Shown here: piece by piece, positions 49,166 to 59,151 of the stretch
Layout: each line of letters starts with the position of its first letter
Position numbering within the stretch: the stretch's first letter is position 1
Assembly: GCA_963786935.1 (NCBI GenBank)
Contig: CAWBAN010000005.1
Location: forward strand, 224,001 to 288,000
Direction: 5' to 3'
DNA length: 64,000 nt
From: an uncultured bacterium
Lineage (GTDB): Bacteria; Krumholzibacteriota; Krumholzibacteriia; Krumholzibacteriales; Krumholzibacteriaceae
Translations under genes and position numbers: made by a program
The notes under the pieces: generated by a model
Seen by the model: the letters and a program-made list of their open reading frames with translations, nothing else
Told to the model about the DNA's origin: nothing
Database searches by the model: none

Positions 49166-50169
49166 GAGGGACTCCCCTGAAAGATAAAGAGGCGCTGTAC
49201 TGGGAGAAGCTCGAGGGAGCGAAGGTCCGCTGCCTGCTCTGCCCGCATCGCTGCCGCATATTGGACGCGACGCCGGGGAAGTGCGGCGTGCGCTGGAACC
49301 GCGGCGGCACGCTCGTCGCGGAGTCGTACGGGCGCACCGTCACGGCGAACCTCGATCCGATCGAGAAGAAGCCGCTCTACCATTTTCTCCCGGGGAGCGT
49401 GATCCTCTCGATCGGGCCGAACGGCTGCACCCTCACGTGCGACAACTGCCAGAACTGGGAGATATCGCAGGAGCGAGTGCCCACGCGGTACATCGCGCCG
49501 GAGGAGCTCCCGGAGCTGGCCGCGCGCGAGGGCTCGATCGGCGTCGCGTTCACCTACACCGAGCCGCTCCTGTGGTTCGAATATCTCATGGACGCGATCC
49601 CGCTCCTGCGCGCGAAGGGCCTGAAATCGGTCCTCGTCACGAACGGGTTTCTCGAGGAGGAGCCCGCGCGGGAGATCGCGCCGCTCGTGGACGCCTTCAA
49701 CGTCGATCTGAAGGGGATCCGTGACGAGTTCTACCGGGAACACTGCGGCGGACGCGTGGCGCCGGTGAAGCGCTTCATCGAGATCGCCGCGGCGGTCGCG
49801 CACGTCGAGGTGACGAACCTCGTGATCCCCGGGCTGAACGACGCGCCGGAGGATCTCGAGGAGCTCGTGTCGTGGCTCGCAGGGGTGTCGGCGGACATCC
49901 CGCTCCATTTCTCGCGCTTCTTTCCGCAGTACCGGATGAGCGAGCTCCCCGCGACGCCGCGGGCCGCGCTCGAGCGGGCGTACGAAATCGGGCGAAAAAA
50001 GCTTCGCTACGTGTACGTCGGGAATATTATGATCGATGGGACGGAGGATACGCGCTGCGCCTCCTGCGGCGCGGCCGTCGTGAAACGGGCCGGGTACCGG
50101 GCGGAGATGCTCGGAGCCGGCGGGAAATGCCCGAAATGCGGAACGCAGGTGAAGGGGGTCTGGCAGTAA
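49162..50169 (+). CDS. amrS: AmmeMemoRadiSam-type radical SAM enzyme
   Basis: CLLCPHRC, DPIEKKPLYHF, CTLTCDNCQNW, HFSRF.P and YVYVGN motifs. Confidence 0.9.
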   Translation: MRGTPLKDKEALYWEKLEGAKVRCLLCPHRCRILDATPGKCGVRWNRGGTLVAESYGRTVTANLDPIEKKPLYHFLPGSVILSIGPNGCTLTCDNCQNWEISQERVPTRYIAPEELPELAAREGSIGVAFTYTEPLLWFEYLMDAIPLLRAKGLKSVLVTNGFLEEEPAREIAPLVDAFNVDLKGIRDEFYREHCGGRVAPVKRFIEIAAAVAHVEVTNLVIPGLNDAPEDLEELVSWLAGVSADIPLHFSRFFPQYRMSELPATPRAALERAYEIGRKKLRYVYVGNIMIDGTEDTRCASCGAAVVKRAGYRAEMLGAGGKCPKCGTQVKGVWQ

Positions 50170-50170
50170 A

Positions 50171-50527
50171 TTGACGAAGATCGCACCGAAGACGCTGGCC
50201 AAGAGAATCGTCAAGATCGCATGGAGCAAGAAGGCGGAGGACATCGTCCTCCTCGATCTCAAGAAGCTGTCGGTCATGGCCGATTACTTTCTCGTCTGCT
50301 CGGCGGGGAGCGAGGTGCAGGCGCGGGTGATCGCCGAGGCGATCCTCGACTCGCTCGGCGACAGCGGCATCAAGACGAGCGTCGAGGGGCTCGAGGGATC
50401 GCGGTGGATTCTCATCGACTGCTACGCCGTCGTCGTGCATATCTTCCTCCCCGAGGCGCGGGAGTTCTACGGGCTCGAGCGCCTCTGGGGGGACGCGCCG
50501 CGCGAGGAGTTCTCCGATGACGAATAG
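50171..50527 (+). CDS. rsfS: Ribosome silencing factor
   Basis: KKAEDI, WILID, VHIF and REFYGLERLW motifs. Confidence 0.95.
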   Translation: MTKIAPKTLAKRIVKIAWSKKAEDIVLLDLKKLSVMADYFLVCSAGSEVQARVIAEAILDSLGDSGIKTSVEGLEGSRWILIDCYAVVVHIFLPEAREFYGLERLWGDAPREEFSDDE

Positions 50528-52175
50528 CGCGAGCGAACGGGCGCGGGCGGCTTTGGCCGCGGCGCTCGCGGAGCTGGGCCTTTCGATCGAGCGGGAGTCG
50601 ATCCAGATCGAGCGCCCCGCCGACACGGCGCACGGCGATCTCTCCTCGAACGTCGCGCTCGTCGCGGCGAAGCAGCTCAAGCGCAATCCGCGCGAGCTCG
50701 CCGCCGAGATCGCGGCGCTCGTGAAGACGGACCCCGCGTTCGTCGACCGCGTCGAGGTCGCGGGCCCCGGGTTCATCAATTTCGCGTTTTCCCACGCATA
50801 CGTCACCAGTCAGGTGAAGGATATCGTCCGGCTCGGCGCGCGCTACGGAGACGGCGATCTCGGGCGCGGGCGTAAGGTGCAGGTCGAGTTCGTCTCGGCG
50901 AATCCGACGGGGCCGCTCGTGATCGTCTCGGCGCGGGCCGCGGCGACGGGAGCGGCGATCGTCAATATCATGCGCAAAGCCGGCTACGACGTCGAGGCCG
51001 AGTATTACGTGAACGACGCCGGCTCGCAGGTGGCGAAGCTCGGGCTCTCGCTCCTCACGAGGTTCCGCCAGCGTCTCGGGGAGGACGCGCCGTTCCCCGA
51101 GGAGGGATACCCCGGCGAATACCTCGTCGAGATCGCGCGCGCGATTCCCGAGGCGGACGGGCGCGCCTGGCTCGCGCTCCCCGGGGACGCCGCCGTCACC
51201 GCCTTCGGGCAGGAGGCGCTCGGGCGGATCATGGAGATGATCCAGAGCGGCCTCGAGCGCTTCGGCGTGCGGCACGACCGGTTCTTCCGCGAATCGGAGC
51301 TCTACCGCGACGGGGAGATTCAGAAGACGCTCGGGCTCCTCGAGGAGCGGGGGGTCGTGTACGAGGAGGACGGCGCGAAGTGGTTCCGCTCGGCGGAGCT
51401 CGGGGACGAGAAGGACCGCGTGCTCGTGCGGAGCGACGGCTCGCCGACCTATTTCCTCGCGGACGCCGCGTATCACCTCAACAAGTGGAACCGCGGCTTC
51501 GTCGAGGCGATCGACCTCTGGGGCCCTGACCATCACGGACACATCAAACGCATCCAGTCCGCCGCGCGCGTGCTCGGGGCGCCCGAGGGCTGGCCCGAGG
51601 TGCTCATCGTGCAGTGGGTGCGTCTCGTCGAGGACGGGAAGGTCGTCAGCATGTCGAAGCGCGGGGGAGAGTTCGTCACGCTCGGCGATCTCGTCGACGA
51701 CGTCGGCGTTGACGCCGCGAAGTTCTTCTTCCTCATGCGCAAGACCTCGGCGCACCTCGATTTCAACCTGACGCTGGCGCGCAAGGAATCGGACGAGAAT
51801 CCGGTCTACTACGTGCAGTACGCGCACGCGCGCATCTCGAGCGTCGTCGCGTACGCGCGGGAGCAGGGGGTCGATTTTCCCGAGGACACGTCGTGCGTCG
51901 AGCTCCTCACCGAGAACGAGGAAATGGAGCTCATGCGGAAGCTCGTGATATTCCCCGAGCTCATCCGGGGCGCGGCGCTCACCCGCGAGCCGCACTTCCT
52001 CACCGCGTACGCGCAGCAGCTCGCCGCGGAGTTCCACCGCTTCTACCACGTGTGCCGGATCGTCTCGAGCGACAAGCGCCTCAGCGAGGCGCGGCTGCTG
52101 CTCGCCGAGGGGACGCGGGTCGTGCTCGCCGAGTCGCTCCGCGTGCTCGGCGTATCGGCGCCCGAGAAAATGTAG
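50517..52175 (+). CDS. argS: Arginine--tRNA ligase
   Basis: GPGFIN, EFVSANPTGPL, EYYVNDAG.Q, MSKR.G, YVQYAHAR; ends APEKM. Confidence 0.96.
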   Translation: MTNSASERARAALAAALAELGLSIERESIQIERPADTAHGDLSSNVALVAAKQLKRNPRELAAEIAALVKTDPAFVDRVEVAGPGFINFAFSHAYVTSQVKDIVRLGARYGDGDLGRGRKVQVEFVSANPTGPLVIVSARAAATGAAIVNIMRKAGYDVEAEYYVNDAGSQVAKLGLSLLTRFRQRLGEDAPFPEEGYPGEYLVEIARAIPEADGRAWLALPGDAAVTAFGQEALGRIMEMIQSGLERFGVRHDRFFRESELYRDGEIQKTLGLLEERGVVYEEDGAKWFRSAELGDEKDRVLVRSDGSPTYFLADAAYHLNKWNRGFVEAIDLWGPDHHGHIKRIQSAARVLGAPEGWPEVLIVQWVRLVEDGKVVSMSKRGGEFVTLGDLVDDVGVDAAKFFFLMRKTSAHLDFNLTLARKESDENPVYYVQYAHARISSVVAYAREQGVDFPEDTSCVELLTENEEMELMRKLVIFPELIRGAALTREPHFLTAYAQQLAAEFHRFYHVCRIVSSDKRLSEARLLLAEGTRVVLAESLRVLGVSAPEKM

Positions 52176-52185
52176 AGGAGCACCA

Positions 52186-53097
52186 ATGAGCATCGTCGTC
52201 GTGGGAACGATCGCGTTCGACACCATCGAAACCCCGTGGGGGCGGGCCGACCGCGTCATCGGGGGATCGGGGACCTTCTTTTCGCTCTCCGCCATCCACT
52301 TCACGCCGGTGAAGCTCGTCGCGGTGGTGGGCGCCGACTTCCTCGCCGAGCACCGCATGATTCTCGAGGAGCGCGGCGTCGATCTCGAGGGGCTCGTCGT
52401 CGAGGCAGGGGGCAAGACCTTCTTCTGGCAGGCGCGCTACGGCGAGGATCCGAACGAGCGCGAGACGCTCTGCACCGAGCTCAACGTCTTCGAGCGGTTC
52501 AGGCCGCTGCTGCCGCCGTCGTACTGCTCGAGCCGGTGGCTCTTCCTCGGCAACATCGATCCCGATCTCCAGATGAACGTGCTCGACCAGATCGAGGGGC
52601 GGCCCTTCGTCGGCTGCGACACGATGAACTACTGGATCGATCACAAGCCCGAGTCGCTCGCGCGGCTGCTCCGGCGCATCGACATTCTCTTCGTGAACGA
52701 CAGCGAGGCGCGGCAGCTCTCGGGCCGGAAGAACCTCGTGGGCGCGGCGCGCGACATCCTCGCGATGGGGCCGCGCGCGATCGTCATCAAGAAGGGGGAG
52801 CACGGGGCGTTTCTCTTCACCAAGGAGTTCCGCTTCTACGCCCCCGCCTACCCGCTGAGCGAGGTGCTTGATCCCACGGGCGCCGGCGACAGCTTCGCGG
52901 GGGGCTTCATGGGATATCTTGCCGGCGTCGAGTCGCTCGACGAACGACACCTGCGCCGCGCGATGATCCACGGCACGATCACGGCGAGCTACGCGTGCGA
53001 GTCGTTTTCCGTCGAGCGGCTGCGCGGCCTCTCCGAAGCTGATATCGCCACGCGTTTCGGGGAGCTCGTGGATCTCGTGCGGATCGAGATCGACTGA
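52186..53097 (+). CDS. PfkB-family carbohydrate/nucleoside kinase
   Basis: GGSG, N..EA, KKGEHG and DPTGAGDSF motifs. Confidence 0.94.
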   Translation: MSIVVVGTIAFDTIETPWGRADRVIGGSGTFFSLSAIHFTPVKLVAVVGADFLAEHRMILEERGVDLEGLVVEAGGKTFFWQARYGEDPNERETLCTELNVFERFRPLLPPSYCSSRWLFLGNIDPDLQMNVLDQIEGRPFVGCDTMNYWIDHKPESLARLLRRIDILFVNDSEARQLSGRKNLVGAARDILAMGPRAIVIKKGEHGAFLFTKEFRFYAPAYPLSEVLDPTGAGDSFAGGFMGYLAGVESLDERHLRRAMIHGTITASYACESFSVERLRGLSEADIATRFGELVDLVRIEID

Positions 53098-53455
53098 GCG
53101 GCGCGCCTCGGGCGGCAGGCATGCGGCCCTGCTCCCGATGGATGCGAGGCGTGTATCTACCTCTCGGAATCCATACATAACTGCTATTATTATTGAAATA
53201 GACTGCGAACGCCTGCAGGCTATCACGGAGGCGCCGCGTAAAGGGTTGAGTCAACAGATATAATCGTAGTAAGATACTCCCGAACTTCGAAGCGGCGCTT
53301 TGCATATTGCTGCGATTCTCACAGTCATATCTGAGAAACGCAGTTCCGTCTATCCTGTCTTAGGCTCGATGGATTGACCGAGCCGGGGATAAGCCGCCTC
53401 TGTGAGTTGGGGTGGTGGGAGGCCGGTTCGAACGATACCGGAAGGGGGGATCGGA

Positions 53456-54358
53456 ATGATACGGATCATGTTCGTTCTGCACGTCGTGCTGCTCTTGACG
53501 AGCGCGTGCTGCGTTCAATCGCAGGAGTCGGCGCAGACGGCAGAGCAAGAGAAGCTGGCACGTCAAATCAGCGATCTGCAAAACCAGGTTGATGCCCTGC
53601 TCAAAGAGCAGAAATTCGCCCAGGCATCGGACAAGCTCGAAAGGCTTCAAATGCTCTACATGGATGCCGGCAGATACCAGGAGGCATTGAACGCATCCTT
53701 CAAGATCGAGGAAATCTCCTCCAAGGTGTCCAACCGCCAGACTCCCTGGAACTACGTGAGGATTGCCGAAGTCTATCTGCGCCTCGGCGATCGGGACAAG
53801 TACTTCGAATGGATGGAGAAGGCGGTTCATGAAAGGGGCTTCTATAGACTGGAATTTCTTCAAGACGGCCATCTCAGCGCCGTCGGGGACGATCCCCGAT
53901 ACAAGAAGCTCATAGATGCCTGCGCGAAGGAGATCGGTTTGGGGCGGAAGGCCAAGGATTTCCGGATCACGCTGCTGGACGGTTCTTCTTTCACCCTTTC
54001 GGCTCAAACGGGCAAGGTAGTATTGATCGATTTCTGGGACGTCCGCTGCCCGCCCTGCAGAAGAGAAATGCCCAACATGAAGGAGCTCTTCAAGGATTTC
54101 AGGGATAAAGGTCTGGAAATCGTCGGGATCAGCCTGGATACGGACAGGGCGTTGCTCGATGATTACGTGAAAAAGGAAAAGATCCCCTGGAAGATCTCCT
54201 GCTCCTTGGATGGCTGGAGCGACGGCACGGCGAAGCTGTACAAGATCAGCGCCACGCCATCGACGTGGTTGATCGACCGGCGCGGGGTCGCGCGCTACTA
54301 CGCCGTAAGAGGTGAGGATCTGAGGCGAGCGGTTGAGAAGCTCATTCAAGAACAATGA
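53456..54358 (+). CDS. Exported TlpA-like thiol-disulfide oxidoreductase with helical N-terminal domain
   Basis: Signal peptide/lipobox; VVLIDFW...CPPC..E.P; ATP....IDR.G. Confidence 0.88.
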   Translation: MIRIMFVLHVVLLLTSACCVQSQESAQTAEQEKLARQISDLQNQVDALLKEQKFAQASDKLERLQMLYMDAGRYQEALNASFKIEEISSKVSNRQTPWNYVRIAEVYLRLGDRDKYFEWMEKAVHERGFYRLEFLQDGHLSAVGDDPRYKKLIDACAKEIGLGRKAKDFRITLLDGSSFTLSAQTGKVVLIDFWDVRCPPCRREMPNMKELFKDFRDKGLEIVGISLDTDRALLDDYVKKEKIPWKISCSLDGWSDGTAKLYKISATPSTWLIDRRGVARYYAVRGEDLRRAVEKLIQEQ

Positions 54359-54442
54359 ACCTCGCCCCTCGGGCGTTGGATGCGGCTGCAGCCGATGCCG
54401 GCGTTGGACGGACGGAGATCGCTGAGTGGAGGTTCGCGGAGG

Positions 54443-54967
54443 ATGCACACGGCGAGTAGCGCCGTATCGACGGATTTGGTCCGGAAGCTCGTGGATGCGT
54501 GGAACGCCCGGAATCTCGATGATTTTATCGGACTCCTGGCGCCTGACGTCGAGTGGTATGATCCTGCCATGCCGGAGCCCCCTGTTCGCGGGCGCGCAGC
54601 CGTGAGAGCTTTCGCCGAGAGCGTCCTCCGGGCATTCCCCGACTTCACCTACGAGATCCAGCCTCCGATATGCAGCTCCCTCGACGGGACTCGATGCGCG
54701 GTTCTGTGGCGCATATCCGCGACGCACCTTCATGCGCTCCAGCCTCCCGGGTACGCTCCCACGGGCCGCCGGGCCGATATTGAAGGAGTGGATGTTCTGG
54801 ATATCCGCGACGGTCAGGTCGCCCGAATTCTGACCGCCTTCGATGTGCTCTCCGCGGCGGAGCAGCTCTTGGGGATGAGGCTGCGGCCGGTGCCGGGCAC
54901 GCGGAGGGGCAGGCTCGCGGTCACCGTTCAGCGCATGCTTGCGCGCGCGAGGAAGAAGAGGGCCTGA
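54443..54967 (+). CDS. SnoaL/NTF2-like protein
   Basis: AWNAR, GR.AVR.F, AFPD, PTGR and DGQV motifs. Confidence 0.85.
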   Translation: MHTASSAVSTDLVRKLVDAWNARNLDDFIGLLAPDVEWYDPAMPEPPVRGRAAVRAFAESVLRAFPDFTYEIQPPICSSLDGTRCAVLWRISATHLHALQPPGYAPTGRRADIEGVDVLDIRDGQVARILTAFDVLSAAEQLLGMRLRPVPGTRRGRLAVTVQRMLARARKKRA

Positions 54968-54991
54968 ATCCAGGCCGCTCCATGGAGAGGA

Positions 54992-56404
54992 ATGATCATG
55001 CGTTCCGTATGCCGAACTGTTCTTCTGTTCTCGCTTCTGCTTTCGCCGTGCATCGCTCTAGGATGCAGTGATAAGAGCACGAGCCCCGATGATGATAATC
55101 CTCCACCTCCGCCTCCAACCGGATTGACGCACCGGTGGAGCAAAGGCTTCGGCGATGGGCAGGGTCAGGCTGCCAGAGCCGTCGCTTTCGATACCTCGGG
55201 AAACGTGATCGTCACGGGATACTTCGGTGGCGCCCTTGATTTCGGCGGCGGCGCGCTGACGAGCGCCGGTCAAACGGACGTCTTCGTTGCCAAGCTCGAC
55301 ACCGCCGGCAACCATCTTTGGAGCAAGCGCTTCGGCGATGGAGAGTATCAGTCCATTCGAACCGTGGCCGTCGATGTCCAAGGGAACGTTTTTGTGGCCG
55401 GATATTTCGAGGGAACCGTTGACTTCGGCGGTGGCACGCTGACGAGCGCGGGTGATGGAGACATCTTTTTTGCGAAGTTCGAGTCCGATGGCGCTCACCT
55501 CTGGAGCAAACGCTTCGGCGATGTGGATAAGCAGGGTGCCTTCTCTGTCGCCATAGACGGTTCGGGAGACGTGCTCCTCGCGGGATATTTCGGGGGCGCC
55601 GTGGACTTCGGCGGCGGCGCGCTGACGAGCGCGGGCGCATCGGACATCTTCGTTGCCAGGTTCAAGTCCGACGGCTCTCATCTCTGGAGCAAACGCTTCG
55701 GCGATGGGGACTATCAATATGCCTATGCCGTCGCCGTCGATGCGTCAGGAAACGTGTTCGTCACGGGACAATTCGCAGGCACCGCTGACTTTGGTGGTGA
55801 TCCGCTCACGAGTACTGGCGATGCCGACATCTTTATTGCGAAGTTCGGGTCCGATGGTTCTCACCTCTGGAGCAAGAACTTCGGCGATGGGAGCTATCAG
55901 GGGGCCTATACTCTCGCCCTTGATGCCGTGGGAAACGTCACGATCGCGGGATCGTTCCAAGGCGCCGTTGATTTTGGGGGCGGTACACTTACGAGTGCGG
56001 GTTGGGAGGACATCTTTGTTGCGGCGTTCGGGCCCGATGGCGCTCATGTCTGGAGCAAGAGCTTCGGCGATGGGGGAGATCAGTCCGCCGAAGCTGTCGC
56101 CGTCGACGCCTCGGGAAACGCGATCGTCACGGGGTATTTCTACGGCGCCGTTGACTTCGGCGGCGGTGCACTGGCGAGCTCGGGCGGCTGGGATATCTTT
56201 GTTGCGGCGTTCGGGCCCGATGGCGCACACCTCTGGAGCAAGCGCTTTGGGAATGCGAACCATCAGGCAGCTGATGCTGTTGGCATTCATGCCTCGGGAA
56301 GTGTGATCCTGGCGGGATATTTCAGCGGCTTCGTTGATTTTGGCGGCGGCGCGGTTACGAGTGCCGGCGGTGATGACGTCTTTGTTGCGAAGTTCGCCCT
56401 GTAG
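54992..56404 (+). CDS. Lipoprotein with 7 beta-propeller (SBBP-like) repeats
   Basis: ALGC lipobox, Pro linker, seven 61-aa (183-bp) repeats WSKxFG...GN...G.F.G..DFGG..L.S.G..DIFVA. Confidence 0.88.
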   Translation: MIMRSVCRTVLLFSLLLSPCIALGCSDKSTSPDDDNPPPPPPTGLTHRWSKGFGDGQGQAARAVAFDTSGNVIVTGYFGGALDFGGGALTSAGQTDVFVAKLDTAGNHLWSKRFGDGEYQSIRTVAVDVQGNVFVAGYFEGTVDFGGGTLTSAGDGDIFFAKFESDGAHLWSKRFGDVDKQGAFSVAIDGSGDVLLAGYFGGAVDFGGGALTSAGASDIFVARFKSDGSHLWSKRFGDGDYQYAYAVAVDASGNVFVTGQFAGTADFGGDPLTSTGDADIFIAKFGSDGSHLWSKNFGDGSYQGAYTLALDAVGNVTIAGSFQGAVDFGGGTLTSAGWEDIFVAAFGPDGAHVWSKSFGDGGDQSAEAVAVDASGNAIVTGYFYGAVDFGGGALASSGGWDIFVAAFGPDGAHLWSKRFGNANHQAADAVGIHASGSVILAGYFSGFVDFGGGAVTSAGGDDVFVAKFAL

Positions 56405-56447
56405 CGAGGCTGTTGGTATGCCTCTATTCATGAGCAAGGAGGCTCGA

Positions 56448-56993
56448 ATGATCTGCACGATGCGTTTCTTGTTGGCGGCGCTGCTGATTCCGGCATTGGC
56501 CGCCGCGCAGGAGAAGCCCGTTGTCGAAATCGGCACCAACGCCGGATTTACGATCCTGACCCAGGATGAATCGACGGTCACGTACATCGGCATCCCGGGG
56601 CAAGGCTTTCTGCGCCAACCCAGCATGTATGCTTCATTCTTCACCGGCGGACCGATGCTCATCGATATGCAACTGGGCCTGAGCATCGCAAGCTACGAGA
56701 ACGGTTCGAGTACAACTATCGGATTCGGGGGGCAGGTAGGATATCTCTTCAATGGTCCCACCATGAATTCGCCATTTCTGGCGGCGGAATTGGGAGTTTG
56801 GTCAGCGGCAGTCAGCAACGGGTATTCCCATTCTGACAGCGACGTCGGCATAGGCGGTAAGATCGGCTATCGCTTTCTGATCGGCAGGAGCGTCGGGCTG
56901 CGCCTCGAAGGAGGGTATCGCCGCTGGATGGACTCCGATCTGAACGAGTTCAAGATCGGTATGGGCCTCGGTGGGATCGTGCACGGTACTTGA
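56448..56993 (+). CDS. Small outer-membrane beta-barrel protein
   Basis: AAGGAGG RBS, signal peptide, Gly/aromatic alternating strands. Confidence 0.7.
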   Translation: MICTMRFLLAALLIPALAAAQEKPVVEIGTNAGFTILTQDESTVTYIGIPGQGFLRQPSMYASFFTGGPMLIDMQLGLSIASYENGSSTTIGFGGQVGYLFNGPTMNSPFLAAELGVWSAAVSNGYSHSDSDVGIGGKIGYRFLIGRSVGLRLEGGYRRWMDSDLNEFKIGMGLGGIVHGT

Positions 56994-57018
56994 AAGCAGC
57001 GCAGTAGAGGAGGAGTCT

Positions 57019-57375
57019 ATGAACAACGCACGCCGTTGGTCGCTCATTCTCGTGATCGCGGGGCTCGTCCTGATGATCGTCGGGGCGATCGATCCGCTCG
57101 AGGGATCCCTCGTCATCCTGCCCGGCACCGGGCTGGCCGCGCTCGGGGCGTATGTCGGAAAGAGCCGCCACCGGGCATTTCTCTTCTATTCCTTCGCGCT
57201 CACGGCGATCGGCGTCGGCGCGCTGTTCGCGATGAGCGCCGTCGGAGGCTTCGGGGGATCCACCGGCCGCTCGTATTGGTGGGCTCTCGTCTGCCTGCCG
57301 TATCCGATCGGCTGGATCATGGGTATCGTCGGGGTCGTCCGGACGCTGCGCGAACGCCCGCCGTCTCCGGCATGA
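57019..57375 (+). CDS. Small 4-TM membrane protein
   Basis: GGAGGAG RBS; hydrophobic helices around DPLEGS. Confidence 0.75.
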   Translation: MNNARRWSLILVIAGLVLMIVGAIDPLEGSLVILPGTGLAALGAYVGKSRHRAFLFYSFALTAIGVGALFAMSAVGGFGGSTGRSYWWALVCLPYPIGWIMGIVGVVRTLRERPPSPA

Positions 57376-57389
57376 GAAAAGGTGGATGA

Positions 57390-58172
57390 ATGGATCTGGG
57401 AATCAAAGGCAAAACAGCGCTCCTGATGTCGAGCACGCGCGGGCTCGGGTTCGGCTGCGCCGCGGCGCTGGCGGCCGAGGGAGCGAACGTCGTAATCAAC
57501 GGCCGCGACGCGCGGCGGGGGATCGAAGCCGCGGCGAAGCTGGGCGGCGCGGCGCATTTCGTGCAGGCCGACGTGAGCCGGCCCGCCGAGCGCGCGCGCC
57601 TCTTCGCGGAGGCGCGTGAACGCTTCGGGGCCATATCGATCCTCGTTACCAACGTCGACGGCCCGCCGCCGGGGACATTCATGAGCAAGAGCGCGGAGGA
57701 CTGGCAGAAGGCTTTCGAACTGATCATGCTCTCCGCGCTGGACATGGTCCGGCGGTGCCTCCCCGAAATGATCGGGGCGCGGTACGGCCGCATCGTCAAC
57801 ATCAGCTCGACCTCCGCCAAGGAGGTCACCCTCGGCGCGCCGCTCGCGAACGGCATCAAGCCCGGGCTCGTGGGCGCCCTCGGAGCGCTCGCCCGCGAGA
57901 TCGCGACGACGGGGGTGACGGTGAACAGCATTCTGCCCGGGCCGTTCGACACGGATCTGCTGCGGCGATTCGCGCCGCATGCCGATCGGGCGCCATGATC
58001 TCCCGCCGGATGAGGCCCTGCGGCTCTACACCGCGCAAGGGCCCGATGAAACGGCTCGGGCGCCATCGAGGAGTTCGGCGCATTGTGCGCGTTCCTGTGC
58101 TCGCGCCAGGCGGGCTACATCACCGGTCAGAGCATCGTCATCGACGGCGGCCAAACGCCGGCGCTGCTGTAA
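57390..58172 (+). CDS. SDR-family oxidoreductase (frameshifted near the 3' end, probably sequencing error)
   Basis: STRGLG, GRIVNISS and VNSILPG; other frames continue PMKRLG...EEFGALCAFLCS..AGYITGQSIVIDGG to TAA at 58172. Confidence 0.8.
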
Positions 58173-58198
58173 CGCCGGGGGAAGGGGGGCGCTCCATC

Positions 58199-59055
58199 AT
58201 GTTGAAGATGATCCTTTGGGTTGTCGCTATCCTCGCGGTCGCGGCGGCGGCCGCGATCCTCTACGGCAGGCACCGCTGGGAATCCGGCACGAACGAGCTG
58301 CTCGCCCGGCTCGAGGCGGGGCGCCGGGCCGTCGAGCCCGCGACGTATGACGCGCGCGAGCTCGACAGTCTCCCCGCGCCCGTGCAGCGCTATTTCCGCA
58401 CGGTGATGCACGATGCGCAGCCGATGATCTCCGCGGTCACGGTCGAGCACACGGGCGTCTTCAACATGGGGGAGAAGGCCGACAACTGGAAGGAGTTCAC
58501 CTCGAAGCAGCGGGTGATGACGCAGCGCCCCGGATTCCTCTGGGATGCGCGCGTCGTCGTGGCGCCCGGCCTCTCCGTGTACGTGCACGACGCGTACGTC
58601 GGGGGCGAGGGCATCCTGCACCCGACCTTGCTCGGGCTCTTCACGATCATGAACCTGCGCGGCACGCGCGACGTCGCGGAGGGAGAGCTCATGCGCTTCC
58701 TCGCCGAGGCGGCCTGGTATCCGACGGCGCTCCTGCCGAGCCAGGGTGTGCGGTGGGAAGCGGTGGATGATTCCTCGGCCCGCGCGACGCTCGTTGACGG
58801 CGACGTCTCGTTGACCATGCTTTTCACCTTCGATCGACAGCGGGGCGGATCGCTTCGACGCGCGCCGAGGCCCGCGGGCGGGTCGTCGCGGGAAAAGCGG
58901 TCCCCACGCCGTGGGAGGGCCGCGTGTGGGATTACGAAATGCGGGACGGAATGCTCGTGCCGCTGAGAGGCGAGGTCGCCTGGATCCTGCCCGAGGGGCC
59001 GAAGCCCTACTGGCGCGGCAGGATCGAGCAGCTGGAATACGAGTTCGCGCGCTGA
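58199..59055 (+). CDS. Membrane-anchored hypothetical protein (DUF6544-like), frameshifted
   Basis: LPAPVQRYF, FLWDA and ELMRFLAE..W.P; continues in another frame PTPWEG...MLVP..GEVAW to TGA at 59055. Confidence 0.7.
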
Positions 59056-59151
59056 GGGGCGATCGGCTCCGGGCTCGCGAACGGCGCCGTAACCATCTGA
59101 AAAAATCTCCATCAAGGGAACTTTCGGCCGGAGTTATATGTACACTACCAT

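Noticed and set aside
42893..52415. Long antisense or alternative-frame ORFs (42893..45166, 50412..52415 and the N-terminal part of 47761..50169; also 3000..4532 and 5776..7416)
   Set aside because: Shadows of well-supported genes in GC-rich DNA, with no motifs of their own.
38200..53100. Frequent TCGA/CGATCG words as a HIP1-like repeat
   Set aside because: Plausibly due to CTC/ATC/GTC followed by GAG/GAC codon preference; not testable without counts against a codon-aware model.
54381..54440. attC-like GCGGCTGCAGCCGA...GCTGA sequence suggesting an integron array
   Set aside because: No paired RYYYAAC/GTTRRRY ends, no similar sites after neighbouring genes and no integrase.
55130..56400. Regular DNA repeats resembling a CRISPR array or DGR template
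   Set aside because: They are in-frame 183-bp protein repeats; no spacers, cas genes or reverse transcriptase.
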